From Hydrurus foetidus (lineage: Eukaryota), in assembly GCA_900617105.1 (NCBI GenBank), contig UYFQ01000601.1, forward strand, positions 1 to 49,059: a DNA stretch of 49,059 bases, read 5' to 3'. The translations under genes and the position numbers were made by a program. Positions 1 through 10,790 of the stretch are shown piece after piece (position 1 is the first letter of the stretch; each line of letters opens with the position of its first letter). The notes beneath the pieces were generated by a model. The model was not told the origin of the DNA. It worked only from the letters and a program-made list of their open reading frames with translations, and ran no database searches.

Positions 1-812
1 GCGGAGCAGCAGGTTGCGAGCAATTTTGTGGATGAGGTTCATATACCGAGAGTATCCGTCTCTGACATCAGCGCGGCAGTTGCTGAGGGTGGTTGGGGAT
101 ACCCAGCCGAAAATAGCGAGGTAGATATGGGGCGCCGGTGTAGGGGATCCAGGCAAGGCGGGACGGTTCACATAGATGATGAAGTCATTTGCTGAGAGGG
201 GCTGCTGATGAATGCGGTGGTGGACCACAGTGTAATACTGAAGGATGTACGTGGAGCATTGTCGGCAGATACCCTGGAAGACAGTGGAGGAGGTGACTTC
301 GTCATTGGTGAGGAATGCCCAGGTACGTGTGAAGGCATCGACTTCTTCTTGCATTGGTGTCCCATACGTTGGCGAAGAGATGTTCTGATGGCGCGGCGTG
401 TCCCATGCTGTAGCATTCTCTGGGGCGTCAGGAGTCGGGGGTGTACCCAGGACTACTGGGAGAGATGCTGGTTGAGTATGTTTGGAACGTACGTACGGTT
501 GGAGCATTAAGGGAGAGGCGACATTAGAAGATGGACGAGTTGGAGATCGCAGTGGTGAGTGCCCTGATAGAGAGAGTCCTGGCGGAAGTGCTAACTCGAG
601 AGGAGGATTAGACGGTGTAGCCGGAGGAGGTGCTGGGTCAGTGTCGGTGACTCGGAACATATTGAGGGAGAAGCGCACATACCTGGAGGGTTCGGCGTTA
701 TCCAAAAGCGTGTTGTTCTGCCATCCGTCGTCAGGGTTGATGTTGGGTCCGTTGGTAAGAAGCTTCATGGGGATGTTGCTCTTGAGGTAAGGAACGCGGC
801 CATCGATACTCG

Positions 813-2137
813 TCACTGGGAAGGTCTGCTTGGGGGATACTTGCCCTTGGCTTTGGTCCGGTTCTTGTCCGTGACTGGAGCGGATCCAGGTGGGGCAGGA
901 GGATGTGTTTTGCCAGAGGGAGGTGTCGCTGCCGGTGGCTTAGCAGGAGCATGATAGTACTTGCACTTGTTACCGAGAAGGCAGGTACCAGCGAGGAACT
1001 TGCGGCAGGCTTCAGGGGTAGTGGACAAGGCAGCTATCTTGACCGGCTTGTCTTGTAGGAGGGCATACTCAGAATAGACAACAGCTCTCTCCAAAGTTTG
1101 GTGATAGGTGAGCATGTTGCTATGGCAGGACATAAAGTAGCATTTTGTGTTGGGGCGGTGTCTTCAAAGGCGTTGTCACCGGCGCCTCGGTCTCGGTCCC
1201 GGCACTCGAATTCTGTCATCAACGTTGTAAACTTCACTAAATCCTCTTGAAAACAAGTAGCCGTAGAGCCCTTGAAGTTTTGTAGAAGCCGCCGGAGTCG
1301 GTTGATGTCTGCTTCAGTATGTCCGTAGTAGTGCTTGTGCATACGTTTATAAATAGCGATCCCATCGCGAGAGGTAAAGGAATCGGCACATAGATAGTGG
1401 GTAGACTCGCTGAAAGCGTTTAACATGACGTTGTATAAACGTTTCTTGTCGTGGGCCCACCGTGTGACATCGTCGGCAGGGACATAGTTGAATGTTCCGT
1501 CAAGATTCTCCGACGTTGTAGGCTCCGAGTATCCTGATGGGTTGTGCCTCGTTGGGATTGGCTCGCGACGCGTGCCCATCGCCATTGGGTAGAGTCCAAC
1601 GACGTGGAGCATGTTGTCGAGAGCTTTGAACCGCTTGTTAGATCCCACAGTCGTTGTGGAGATCTGGTTTTGCTTGATGCTATCCATTTCGGAAGAGGTC
1701 GTCAGAACGAGATCGAGTTTTAGCCGTTTGAGCTCCAAAACGGATTCCAAAGCGGCATTATATGATAGCCCACTTGCTGAAACTTCTGCCGAAGTTTGGC
1801 GCGGTGGCGTGGCTTCCTCTGCATGGGAGCCTCGTCGAGGTCGGTTTGGTGTGGAGACATTTTGCCGATTTGCCGTCGAGCTGGTGACCAAATTTTGAGT
1901 TTGGGCTCTTATGGCCTCGGCGACACGTTCATCGAACTCTGCGAGGGTCATGGAGAGCATGCGCGGCAGCTGGGCGCGGCTGGGAGTCTCTAGCCCAGTT
2001 GGGTCATGGTATTCCTCGTTGTTTTGGTCTGTGTTGTCGGACGATCGTAGCATCATGGCCGACTTGAGATATCTGTTGTGATGAGATACCGTTGATATAT
2101 TGATACTATATCGATGATTGCTGAACTTTCTATGCAA
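813..2137 (-). pseudogene. Gag of Copia A copy 1, frameshifted near 1140-1200
   Basis: ORFs 1034-2137 and 813-1133 together match the intact 449-aa ORF 36301-37650. The break is a cluster of small deletions. Confidence 0.8.
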
Positions 2138-2146
2138 TCGCTACCA
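2135..2146 (-). promoter_or_regulatory. Primer-binding site, initiator tRNA-Met type (TGGTAGCG...)
   Basis: The minus strand reads ...ACA|TGGTAGCGATTG. The same 12-mer occurs at 18897-18908 next to a different LTR end, and at 37648-37659. Confidence 0.8.
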
Positions 2147-2654
2147 TGTGAGTCAGACTGTGGAGTGAAGCGAGCTACCTGTTGGCTGCGGAAGCGCAAA
2201 GGAAAGACTGGCTGATGGAAGTGGTCTCGGAAGACGTGTTTACTTACAACGATCAAGTAGTAAAACAACTGGCGATGATATCAGAGAAGACAACCATCAA
2301 AGAAGCAAAGCAAAGCATCCATTGTGCATGAAATGGTGATCGCCGAAGTGGAAATATATTCAGCGAATATTCAAGTTGGCGATTGAGCAATGGGCGGAAC
2401 CCTCGCTGCTCATGAAATCGGATGCTTGGTGGAAACCGGATACCTGGTGGAAAGCCGGATGCTTGGTGATGAAAAACCGGATGCTTGGTGATGGCCCCGA
2501 AGGGGGATATCGCTAGAAGAACGATGAGCGTATGTACACAACAGTGTATGGCGGTGTTTTGGGTGAGGAAGCGCTGCACTACTTGTGACATGTGAACGCT
2601 AATCTACAGATGAAACTATGCTAACAGATCATGCATGAATATGCTGGACTGACA
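2147..2654 (-). repeat. Putative 5' LTR of Copia A (about 508 bp), containing four 18-22 bp CGGATRCYTGGTG repeats at about 2418-2492
   Basis: Begins TGTGAGTC directly next to the PBS and ends GACTGACA (7/8 terminal inverted match). No partner LTR is in the window, so the outer end is inferred. Confidence 0.6.
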
Positions 2655-3046
2655 CCTTTATCCAAAGATCGTAACGTTCAACATGCGCGCTTTCCTGTCG
2701 ATCGCTGGACTAAGATAGTGGGAAACGTGCTGTTGAAAGCGATGTCTTAATTACGTGGATAAAGAAGTATGCCATGGTAGCCTAACCGATAACTGCAACC
2801 ATGCGCAATTCTTCTCAATTCAATTGCCAGGCAAATCATAAAACGTGGACTTGAACATTTCTAATCTACAAAGTATCGAACGCGTTAATTCAAAACAAGG
2901 GTTCGGAATACGTACTTCAACGGCAAAACGGGCCGACCCGACATCGAGCCGCTGACGATATTCCCTTGCCACTATACCAGCAAGCCAAACTTGCTTACCG
3001 TTCTGCTAAAAATAGTTGAATACATAAAATGACAAATTCCGATCAA

Positions 3047-3106
3047 CATTTGCTGGAATACTGGCCCATCCGGTACTATTTCAACCGATCTCTACGTTAT
3101 ATCCCA
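3047..3106. repeat. 60-bp dispersed direct repeat, partner at 9186-9245 (also about 38560-38619 and 44722-44781)
   Basis: CATTTGCTGGAATACTGGCCCATCCGGTACTATTTCARCCGATCTCTACGTTATATCCCA, one mismatch between the two copies. Confidence 0.9.
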
Positions 3107-3455
3107 TTGAATTCGACATTGAATTTATGCGGAGCCGACCGCACTGGAGGCACGTAATTATCTCCAAGAGCAACTCTCTTCTGTAGCGCTGCAACCTTGT
3201 AACCACCAACAGGAATGATAGAACGAATCTCGATTTGGCTCATCCCCATAGCGATCATGCTTATCAGAAAGCCTTTGGTTTCCTCAGAGTTAGAGTCGAG
3301 AGACTGTAGGATCTGCCAGTTTTCCTTGAGGCCGTTGATAGTTTCCTCACCATACTTTTCACTTGTGCTGCAGCCGAAGCCGTCTTCTCTTTCGCAGTCT
3401 TCCTTGGTTTTCGCTGCCGTTTGGGCTTCAACACTGCAGAACCTCCAGTAGACAT
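3107..3455 (-). pseudogene. Truncated basic/HTH-like ORF, possibly a transposase N-terminus (frameshifted in this copy)
   Basis: Copy 2 (38610-38972) is open for 120 aa with KPKRQRKPRK and the HTH-like segment MGMSQIEIRSIIPVGGYKVAALQKR. It ends on entering the 60-bp repeat. Confidence 0.4.
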
Positions 3456-3580
3456 GACAAGCAGAGGGGCTAAGTAACTGAACTCTGAGTGATCATTTGA
3501 GTGAGAGTTGACGTTCTAAGCCCTCCTTTCGATCTCTCGAGATGAAATGTGACCGGGTTACCAGCAGGATTGAAATAAAA

Positions 3581-3810
3581 TATTGGGGGATAAACCTTTA
3601 TGGTGGTTCCACCTCTATTGGGGGATAAACCTTTATGGTGGTTCCACTTCTATATAAGAGATGACATATAATACGGAGCTAGAATTGCAGGGATATGACC
3701 GTATTCCTGCAGTCCCAGAATGGTTTTAGGGGGTCTCATTTTGAGGGGACTATCATTTTGGGGGGACTATCATTTTGGGGGTCACAGATCCGATGAAAGG
3801 GGGACTACTG
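3581..3810. repeat. Short tandem repeats: 2 x 35 bp (TATTGGGGGATAAACCTTTATGGTGGTTCCACYTC) and about 3 x 17 bp (CATTTTGRGGGGACTAT)
   Basis: Read directly. Probably subterminal repeats of a DNA transposon. Confidence 0.8.
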
Positions 3811-5286
3811 CCATAATCAATGCTACGTCACATAAAATGTCCTGTACGCATGAACTGTTCATCTAAATGGGATGAATGCCATACCTTCAAATGACGTACC
3901 GTCGCCGTCCCTTTGTTTGCGGAGGGGTTGAGTGTATACCCGTGACATAGGACTCCTTTTTGTCCGAAGACAAGTATATTCTCTCTAATGCATACTTTAC
4001 ATTCAGAGCACAACTGCTCCAACAAATAAACTCCTCCTGAAATTCTGAGTAGAGGGTTTCGTCACTTTTGATCTCCTTCCTCTTGCTGCAAAAGGATTTG
4101 CTTGTCCGAGAGCTCTTTATATCCCTGGAAGTTTTGAAAGGAGTCCTCATCATTTTCTACACGGTAAGTTTGGAGCTCAACATCTTTTCAGCAGTTGGCA
4201 ACTGTGGCAATTTCAAGGCAGATTCATATCATATTTGTTACAAGAGATCGTAATTCGAAATGTGCCGCAGGCCACGAGGTCTGGTTGATTTTCAAATTGA
4301 CATCTTAAAATATTATCTTACGTTACAGTCATGGTCCGGATATTTGATTTTAATTGCCGAGCAACTGGACTATTCGCCTTGGATAAAGGGATCAAGGTCA
4401 GGAGAGGCTCAACTTGCAGGCTGAAGCGGAATTTCAACAATCCGCATGGTAATTAGTCGTGGATCTCTTGGAGATATTTTTGGAAACAAATTTTATCGAG
4501 AAAACTTTTCAAAAGAGATAGTTCTAATTTTTGTTTGCTGATTGATGCTGACTTATCAACGCTCATTATAAGCGAAGCGAATCGCTGCTCAAATTTTCTT
4601 TATATTTCTTACTTGCAGTATCTGAGATAAACTGTGATGCATTATACTGCTGTATGAACCTCAATACTATTGAGCATTGCTTTCCTTCCACGCTTCTGCA
4701 CTGACTACTTTTCTACTTTTATTTATTCTCCCTAAATTTAATGCTCTGTGGCATTTCATTTGCCAATATCTTCCTTGCTGATAAAATGTTGATTTCAATT
4801 TGATTTATTTGTTGACAAATTATGTTGTTACTTCAGATGCGAACTCCATTCAAGTGCGAGCACCGGACAACATGGACGGCAGCAATAATGGAAGCTACGA
4901 GCCTGGAGAGCATATTGGACACTTGGGAAGGGAGTGGGCAGCTAAGTTAGCTCCAATTATAGATTATCTTCTTGCATCAAATACACTTTACTCTGTTACA
5001 TTCGAATGCTGTTTGTGTGACGGTGACACTTCACACGCCCAAAATGGTTACACGCTTAATGTATTTGTATTCAGTACCAATAAGGAAGAATTTAATCAAA
5101 ATCTTTTATCACTCCTCCGTGAAAGTCATCTGTAGTGCTAATTCGCTTTCGTATTCTGCAGTACTATGTATTAACTGATAATTGATTGAACATCCAAATT
5201 ACAATGATTAAATTTCTATTATTTAGCGTATGTAATTAATTATTATTTTATGTCAACACAATTTTTTTGTATCGAATAATGTAGAA

Positions 5287-7971
5287 TCACAAGTTTGCAA
5301 TAAAATTCATTGCCTCTGTAATCTCATGATCATACTCTAACATTGCACTATCATATTCTAAAATAGCATTTAAGCCTGGTATTACACCACTTAATTCATC
5401 AAGAACAACGTCATCATTATCAGTGCTGCCAGGAGCAGCATTTTCACTCAAGGTCTCGGATGTTCCCGTGGGTGTAATTTTCATGGTGCCACATATGTTA
5501 TGTTTTGAGTACTGTTTAAATACTGGTTGCGAAACATCGCTGATCAAGTGGGGCACATCCTGTGCTAACGAACGACCTTTTTACACCATCAACGAACTTT
5601 TTTTCTCTGAATCCTCCAGCAATTAGGTCGAATAGATCTTGGATCCCTTGTAGCATTTCGGGTTTGGGGGGTTGGAAAGTTGGCAACGTACGTACGTGTA
5701 CATCTCTTTGTGATTCCTCTTTGTGCTGCTTGATGAATTCTTGGAAACTATCCACTATCCTAGCGCCTCTAAGATTTCTTGTGTGTGCTTTTAGTGGTCC
5801 GTTAACAACCAAATCTAACACTTGTAAAATGCCTGTCATATTGGGGGTAGACATGCTATTTGTACCCCTAACTCACTGATCACGTCATCAACTACTGCTG
5901 TTTTATGACAACCACAATTATCAAACCATATCAGCAACTTACCTAACTTCTCTTTTAATGGCTTCACTATAGTTTCTAACCACATTATCATTCTAATTGA
6001 GTCGTTCCATGCTTTGTACTGGCTAGTTATGACATTACCTGTAACATTGTTGATGATATAGTAACATGCATGAATATTTGTAACACCTTTGATTGTCAAC
6101 TCTTTTGTCCACTTGATTAGATTCCACCCATCATCAACACCGAATCCTTTGTTCTTGCTATGTTGATCTCTAATAACTCTCATTCCTGACTGATCTGGCC
6201 TATCTTCTGAGCTAATTGAGTGCTTAATTATGACGAATAAAGGTAAGAACTCACCATTACCACTCACCGCAACAACTGCTGTTATTCGCAGGAAGGTATT
6301 AGGGATTCCAATATTTTGGGCGCGTTGCTGATCAGGCGGACAATACATGTACTCGGGTCCTATCGCGTAAGTAAAAGCTGTTTCATCCATATTTATTGTT
6401 GTGTCTCTATTGTGTCCAAAGTCTTTGTACATTTTTTGACCAATGTTCATTATTCTTCTTACTTCCTCATCTGATGGCACGTTTTTATCGTCAGTTGTTA
6501 TTTTACGTCTCCGCATGTTAGCCCTAGTCAACAACTTTCTAACCCAATGTGAGCTGAACTCAAGCGCTTGTATTTTCTCATCGCTAATCCATCTTTCACT
6601 TGCTTGCACTTTGATTGCAGCTTGCTTGATAATCGCATAAGTGTACGCGACGCTCACCAATATGCGTGAAACATTTGTGATGACGCCGCCGACCTGTAGA
6701 GATGTACGCATGTACGTTACATAGATTAGGTTTTAGGTTGTGATAGTAGTTTGTATACCATATGATGATTCACAATACTATCACCCAAGTAAATACCATA
6801 ATATACTTGGCTAAATTTGATGCACTGTATTTGATGAACTTTTATACTATTAGATGCGACTTACATTTTGTTGCTCAATTTCACATATCATTAAACTACC
6901 CCAGATATCAGCCTCGAACTCACTGGAAATTTTCCTTCCCGATATTTGTTTGACAACATCCCTTTTCATTATCCATCTTACTATTGTTTCTACTACTAGT
7001 TCAGAGTATCGTGCATACTTTATCAGAATTTCTTTGGTATGCGTAGCCGTTACAATATTGTTTGCTTTATAAGCTTCACCCTCTAGGTCACTACGAGCTG
7101 TAACAACTGCATCAAATAGCGCTATAACTAATTGAACTTCATGCAGCTTAAACCTAATATTCTTGTTAGGGAACTTGCCCAAAACTTCGTACACTGCTGG
7201 ATGGTTGAGAATCTGTGATTCAGTCACCGAGTTGTTGTCTTCCTCGTCGAAGATGTTGCGACACACTGCTTCTAAAGCACCAGAGCTTCTGTATGCTGAT
7301 TCTCTTGCTGCTGCATCAATGTACATAGTTGGTGATTCATTTGAGGCACAAATTTTTGTCGACACATAGTCGTAAACTTCCTTCCCATATCTTCCCATCT
7401 GCCTATCGCCTATGTCTTCACCTCTTTTTCGACGCTTATTTGATACATTTGCCTTTTCACTCTCGTGTAACTGACTCAGCCATAAAACACCATATATTTC
7501 ACTTACTGAAACGTATTTTGAAGTGACTCTGAAAGTATTGTTGAGCAGTCTATTTGCTAAGTTACTGATCTGTGAAACTAAACAGTCACGTGTTTTCATT
7601 GAGTTTGAATTTTCAATCAAAAACACGATGTCCGCTCCCCTGCTTCTGGCTGCCAAGTCCAGTTTCATCACTCCTTTCACGCTCATACTTATGATCGTGC
7701 AACCTAGTTGCTCAATTGTTTTCCTGAAGATGACCAGACCTTGATGCAGAGCCAATACATCGAATCGAAAATTGTGATCTCCGTCAAGATCGTTCGAATG
7801 CAGCTGGGCAGCCAGAGCATCAACCGACCACTGGTAGTTCAGAGGTAGACTAGGACGACAAATCAGCACAATAGCGACAGAATAAGCGCACAACTCGACG
7901 GCAAGAGATGTCATCTGCATCAATTGGATGCAATAGTTAAAAAACTGCGAAGATGCTGGCCTGCGGCACAT
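5287..7971 (-). pseudogene. pogo-like DD35D transposase, copy 1 (two frameshifts near 5540 and 5845; predicted intron 6694-6864)
   Basis: Motifs INMDET, WFDNCGCH and LQVLDLVVNGPLK. The GTAAGT...CTACAG intron joins CEIEQQN to VGGVIT in frame. The start is uncertain. Confidence 0.85.
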
Positions 7972-8300
7972 TATCGATTCTCAAAGAGAAGGTACTAATG
8001 AAGTTATCTGACATAACAGAAGTTGGCTACAGCCCTTGGATATCTTATCATATACTCCTAAACATTGTCATGTCAAATAATGATCGATATGACGTATTCA
8101 GAAAATTCTCGATCAATTTCTACCTATCCAATTTAATATCGCAGGACAGCAGAGATCCCTTTTGCACAGACTAGAAACACTGAACACTTTGCAACAAGGT
8201 GGTCAATTCGCTGATATCGACTTCTGACAATGACTGCAGTTCGATATTTGCAAATAACTGAAAATTGGACAGAAAGGAGTCCTATGTCACCGGAAATCCG

Positions 8301-8997
8301 GTATTTTATAATATTGACCCTGAATGGCCTTTTGACCCTGAATGACCCTCGTTTTTTAATGACCCTCAATGGCCCTTTGGGGGGTCATTCAGGGTCAAAA
8401 TAATAGAGGGTCATTCAGGGTCATAGGGTCATTCAGGATCATGAATTGGGTTGTCATTCAGGGTCGGTTAGGGTTACAGCTTACAGCAAGTTGTTTTGGC
8501 TTGCCTGTTAGGGTTAGTGGCACTAACTTTGCGTTGGCTAGGGTTAGGGGTTGGGGGAAAGGGTCTAATTACCTGAAATCTAGTTGCGTTAGGGGTACAG
8601 CAAGTTGTTTTGGCTTGCCTGTTAGGGTTAGTGGCACTAACCTTGCGTTGGCTAGGGTTAGGGGTTAGGGCAAAGGGTCTAATTACCTGAAATCTAGTTG
8701 CGTTAGGGGTACAAGAGGGTCATTCAGGGTCATACATGGTCATTCAGGGTCACCCGAAAATTTCCAACGGCGTATCTTGGGGGGTCAGGGTCATTGGGGG
8801 TCAAAATAAAAGTGCCTTTTCCAGGGCCATTCAGGGTCAAAAAAATACGAGGGTCATTCAGGGTCGGGGGGTCATTCAGGGTCATCAATAACCGACAATG
8901 CCACTTAGAACCGTATAAGTATGACCCTGAATGACCCTGAGGACCCTGAGGGCCATTCAGGGTCCTTGGGTCATTCAGGGTCAAAATTATAGATTAT
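8301..8997. mobile_element. Non-autonomous MULE/foldback-like MITE, 697 bp
   Basis: 10-bp TSD CGGAAATCCG (8291-8300 and 8998-9007), imperfect TIRs of about 50 bp, many GGGTCATTCAGGGTC motifs in both orientations. Confidence 0.8.
8483..8710 (+). repeat. 2 x 114-bp tandem repeat rich in TTAGGG-like motifs, inside the MITE
   Basis: ACAGCAAGTTGTTTTGGC starts at 8483 and 8597. GTTAGGGTTAG and CTAGGGTTAGGGGTT occur in each unit. Confidence 0.9.
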
Positions 8998-9363
8998 CGG
9001 AAATCCGCAAACAAAGGGACGGCGACGGTATCTAACTGACACATGACTGTATATACAGTATACAGTATACAGTTTACAGTTTAGTTTTATCCCCCACCTG
9101 GCACGTTGATACGCGCGCCCCCCCACAATTAATTAGGTCAAAACACGATATTGGCTGTGGTAACCCGGGTTGCCGCCAATGGGTTCATTTGCTGGAATAC
9201 TGGCCCATCCGGTACTATTTCAGCCGATCTCTACGTTATATCCCAACAGAGGGAGTGTTTCAAGCTTCAAGTCACTGTAACTATATTGTGGTTTCAAAAT
9301 TAATCTGATGTAGAAACATGATCACGTCGGAAGAAACGTCAAAATAATATCATTGCGCAAGAT

Positions 9364-10023
9364 ATGTCGCAATTGATCACTCTCATTGAAATGAGGACGA
9401 CACTTGAGCCATTTCTTGTTGCATTGGGGGTTCTAGGCGATAAAGTGTCGGATCTGGTCGAGAAAGTGACAAGTTTAGAGGAGAAAGTGACGAGAGTGGA
9501 GGAGAAAGTGACGAGAGTGGAGGAGAAAGTGACGAGAGTGGAGGAGAAAGTGACGAGAGTGGAGGAGAAAGTGACACTCTTAGAGGAGAAAGTGGGGAGA
9601 GTGGAGGAGAAAGTGACACTCTTAGAGGAGAAAGTGGGGAGAGTGGAGGAGAAACTGACAGGACTGGCAGCGCGTCTTGTTATCTCCGACGCAAAGGCGA
9701 ATAACTCCCAAATTGGGCGATCTGAAACTCTACTTCGGGTTCCTCTCAGTGACGGTAGCTACCCTACGATCTCTGGCATTCCCGTCGAGTATCCTACAAC
9801 TATCTCCCACTTGCTCGTGGCTGGTAATGAAACGTTACCCGATGGCGGCCGAAACAACTGGAACAGACATAAGAGCTTGGCGCTATTAGCAGCATTCGGT
9901 GACGCATCGGATGATGATACGGACAGGGAGGATGGACCAACGTCAAGGCGTTATCGTTTGAAGGTTGCCAAGTATCTCGGGGTCACTAAAACTCAGCTTA
10001 ATTTCTCTCAGATGACACTGTAA
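9364..10023 (+). CDS. 219-aa heptad-repeat coiled-coil protein with a Mug135/DUF1773-like C-terminal domain
   Basis: Nine 21-bp repeats encoding (R/L/S)(V/L)EEK(V/L)(T/G). C-terminal AKANNS..VPLSDG..RLKVAKYLG resembles the Mug135-like domain (recognised by eye). Intact in both copies. Confidence 0.7.
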   Translation: MSQLITLIEMRTTLEPFLVALGVLGDKVSDLVEKVTSLEEKVTRVEEKVTRVEEKVTRVEEKVTRVEEKVTLLEEKVGRVEEKVTLLEEKVGRVEEKLTGLAARLVISDAKANNSQIGRSETLLRVPLSDGSYPTISGIPVEYPTTISHLLVAGNETLPDGGRNNWNRHKSLALLAAFGDASDDDTDREDGPTSRRYRLKVAKYLGVTKTQLNFSQMTL

Positions 10024-10600
10024 ACTACTAACTCGATGCACCTATAAATATTGTGTCGTAAAGAAAATATCACCGTTTTTGAACGCAAGATAATTAAGTT
10101 GCCATGATGATTTTCATTTATGATTCTTTGAGTAACAAAAATGACTGCTTTTTATATTGATCCAATCGCATTTTTTTAATTCGATTTTTTCATTGAAATA
10201 CTGGGACAGAAGAGAGAATCGCAATCTTTATCTGAGAGGCATAAATAAGTTGGTCGAAGAAGTATAACTTGAACTTGTTCGAGGGATTTGTGAGAACCGC
10301 GTATGAAAGCGTTCAAGTTGTTAAAATTATGAAGTTGAGAAGAAAATATAAAGGATACGGAAGAATAAAGAAAGCATAATGAAGAATTTGAAATATGAGA
10401 AATATACAGTCAACGATATTATGAATAATCGAAAATAAGAAGAATTATTGAGATCAAAACTCATTACTAATAACGAAAAATGTGAGAGCGCATATGCAGT
10501 AATTTCACGGTATTATGTACAATGTCTAAGATCAAAAACCGTATAGCAGAACCTGGTATGTACCTCGTCAACAGTACTTCGAAAGGCGATGTCGCAACGT

Positions 10601-10762
10601 AATCTAACTGTTCCTACCCTACCCTCCCCTCTCTCTTTAGACTGATCCGCATCTCTTGGAACTAGTCGAGCGCAATGCCCTGCTGGCACAGTGTGTGGGT
10701 TGTAACGCAATCTAACCTACCCTACCCTCCCTACTAGTTAGACTGATCAGCATCTGCTGGAA
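10601..10762. repeat. Imperfect direct repeat of about 55 bp (AATCTAAC..CCTACCCTACCCTCCC..TTAGACTGATC.GCATCT) just downstream of the ModA-like stop codon
   Basis: Units start at about 10601 and 10709. The minus strand is G-run rich. Confidence 0.7.
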
Positions 10763-10790
10763 GTGTTGGCTAAAAGCTTATGCATTATCT

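Larger units (their letters stand above)
1..2654 (-). mobile_element. Ty1/Copia element A, copy 1: 5' LTR, PBS, gag and start of ORF2 (runs off the window)
   Basis: Duplicate of 35489-38167, which is contiguous with Copia protease/IN/RT. PBS TGGTAGCGATTG on the minus strand at 2135-2146. Confidence 0.85.
3899..9028 (-). mobile_element. pogo-like (Tc1/mariner superfamily) DNA transposon, 5.1 kb
   Basis: Perfect 25-bp TIRs CCGTCGCCGTCCCTTTGTTTGCGGA (3899-3923 and 9004-9028), TA on both flanks, internal DDE_1-type transposase. Confidence 0.93.

Noticed and set aside
1140..1205. Biological rearrangement of gag in copy 1
   Set aside because: Many tiny deletions within 60 bp relative to copy 2 look like a low-quality consensus stretch. 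This also cautions against over-reading homopolymer frameshifts elsewhere.
8465..8710. True telomere or de novo telomere addition
   Set aside because: TTAGGG units are scattered and degenerate within a 114-bp duplicated unit in the middle of a contig.
8301..8997. Repeated GGGTCATTCAGGGTC motifs as a CRISPR array
   Set aside because: Spacing is irregular, orientations are mixed, the unit is short, there are no cas genes and the context is eukaryotic. Explained as a MITE with TIRs and a TSD.
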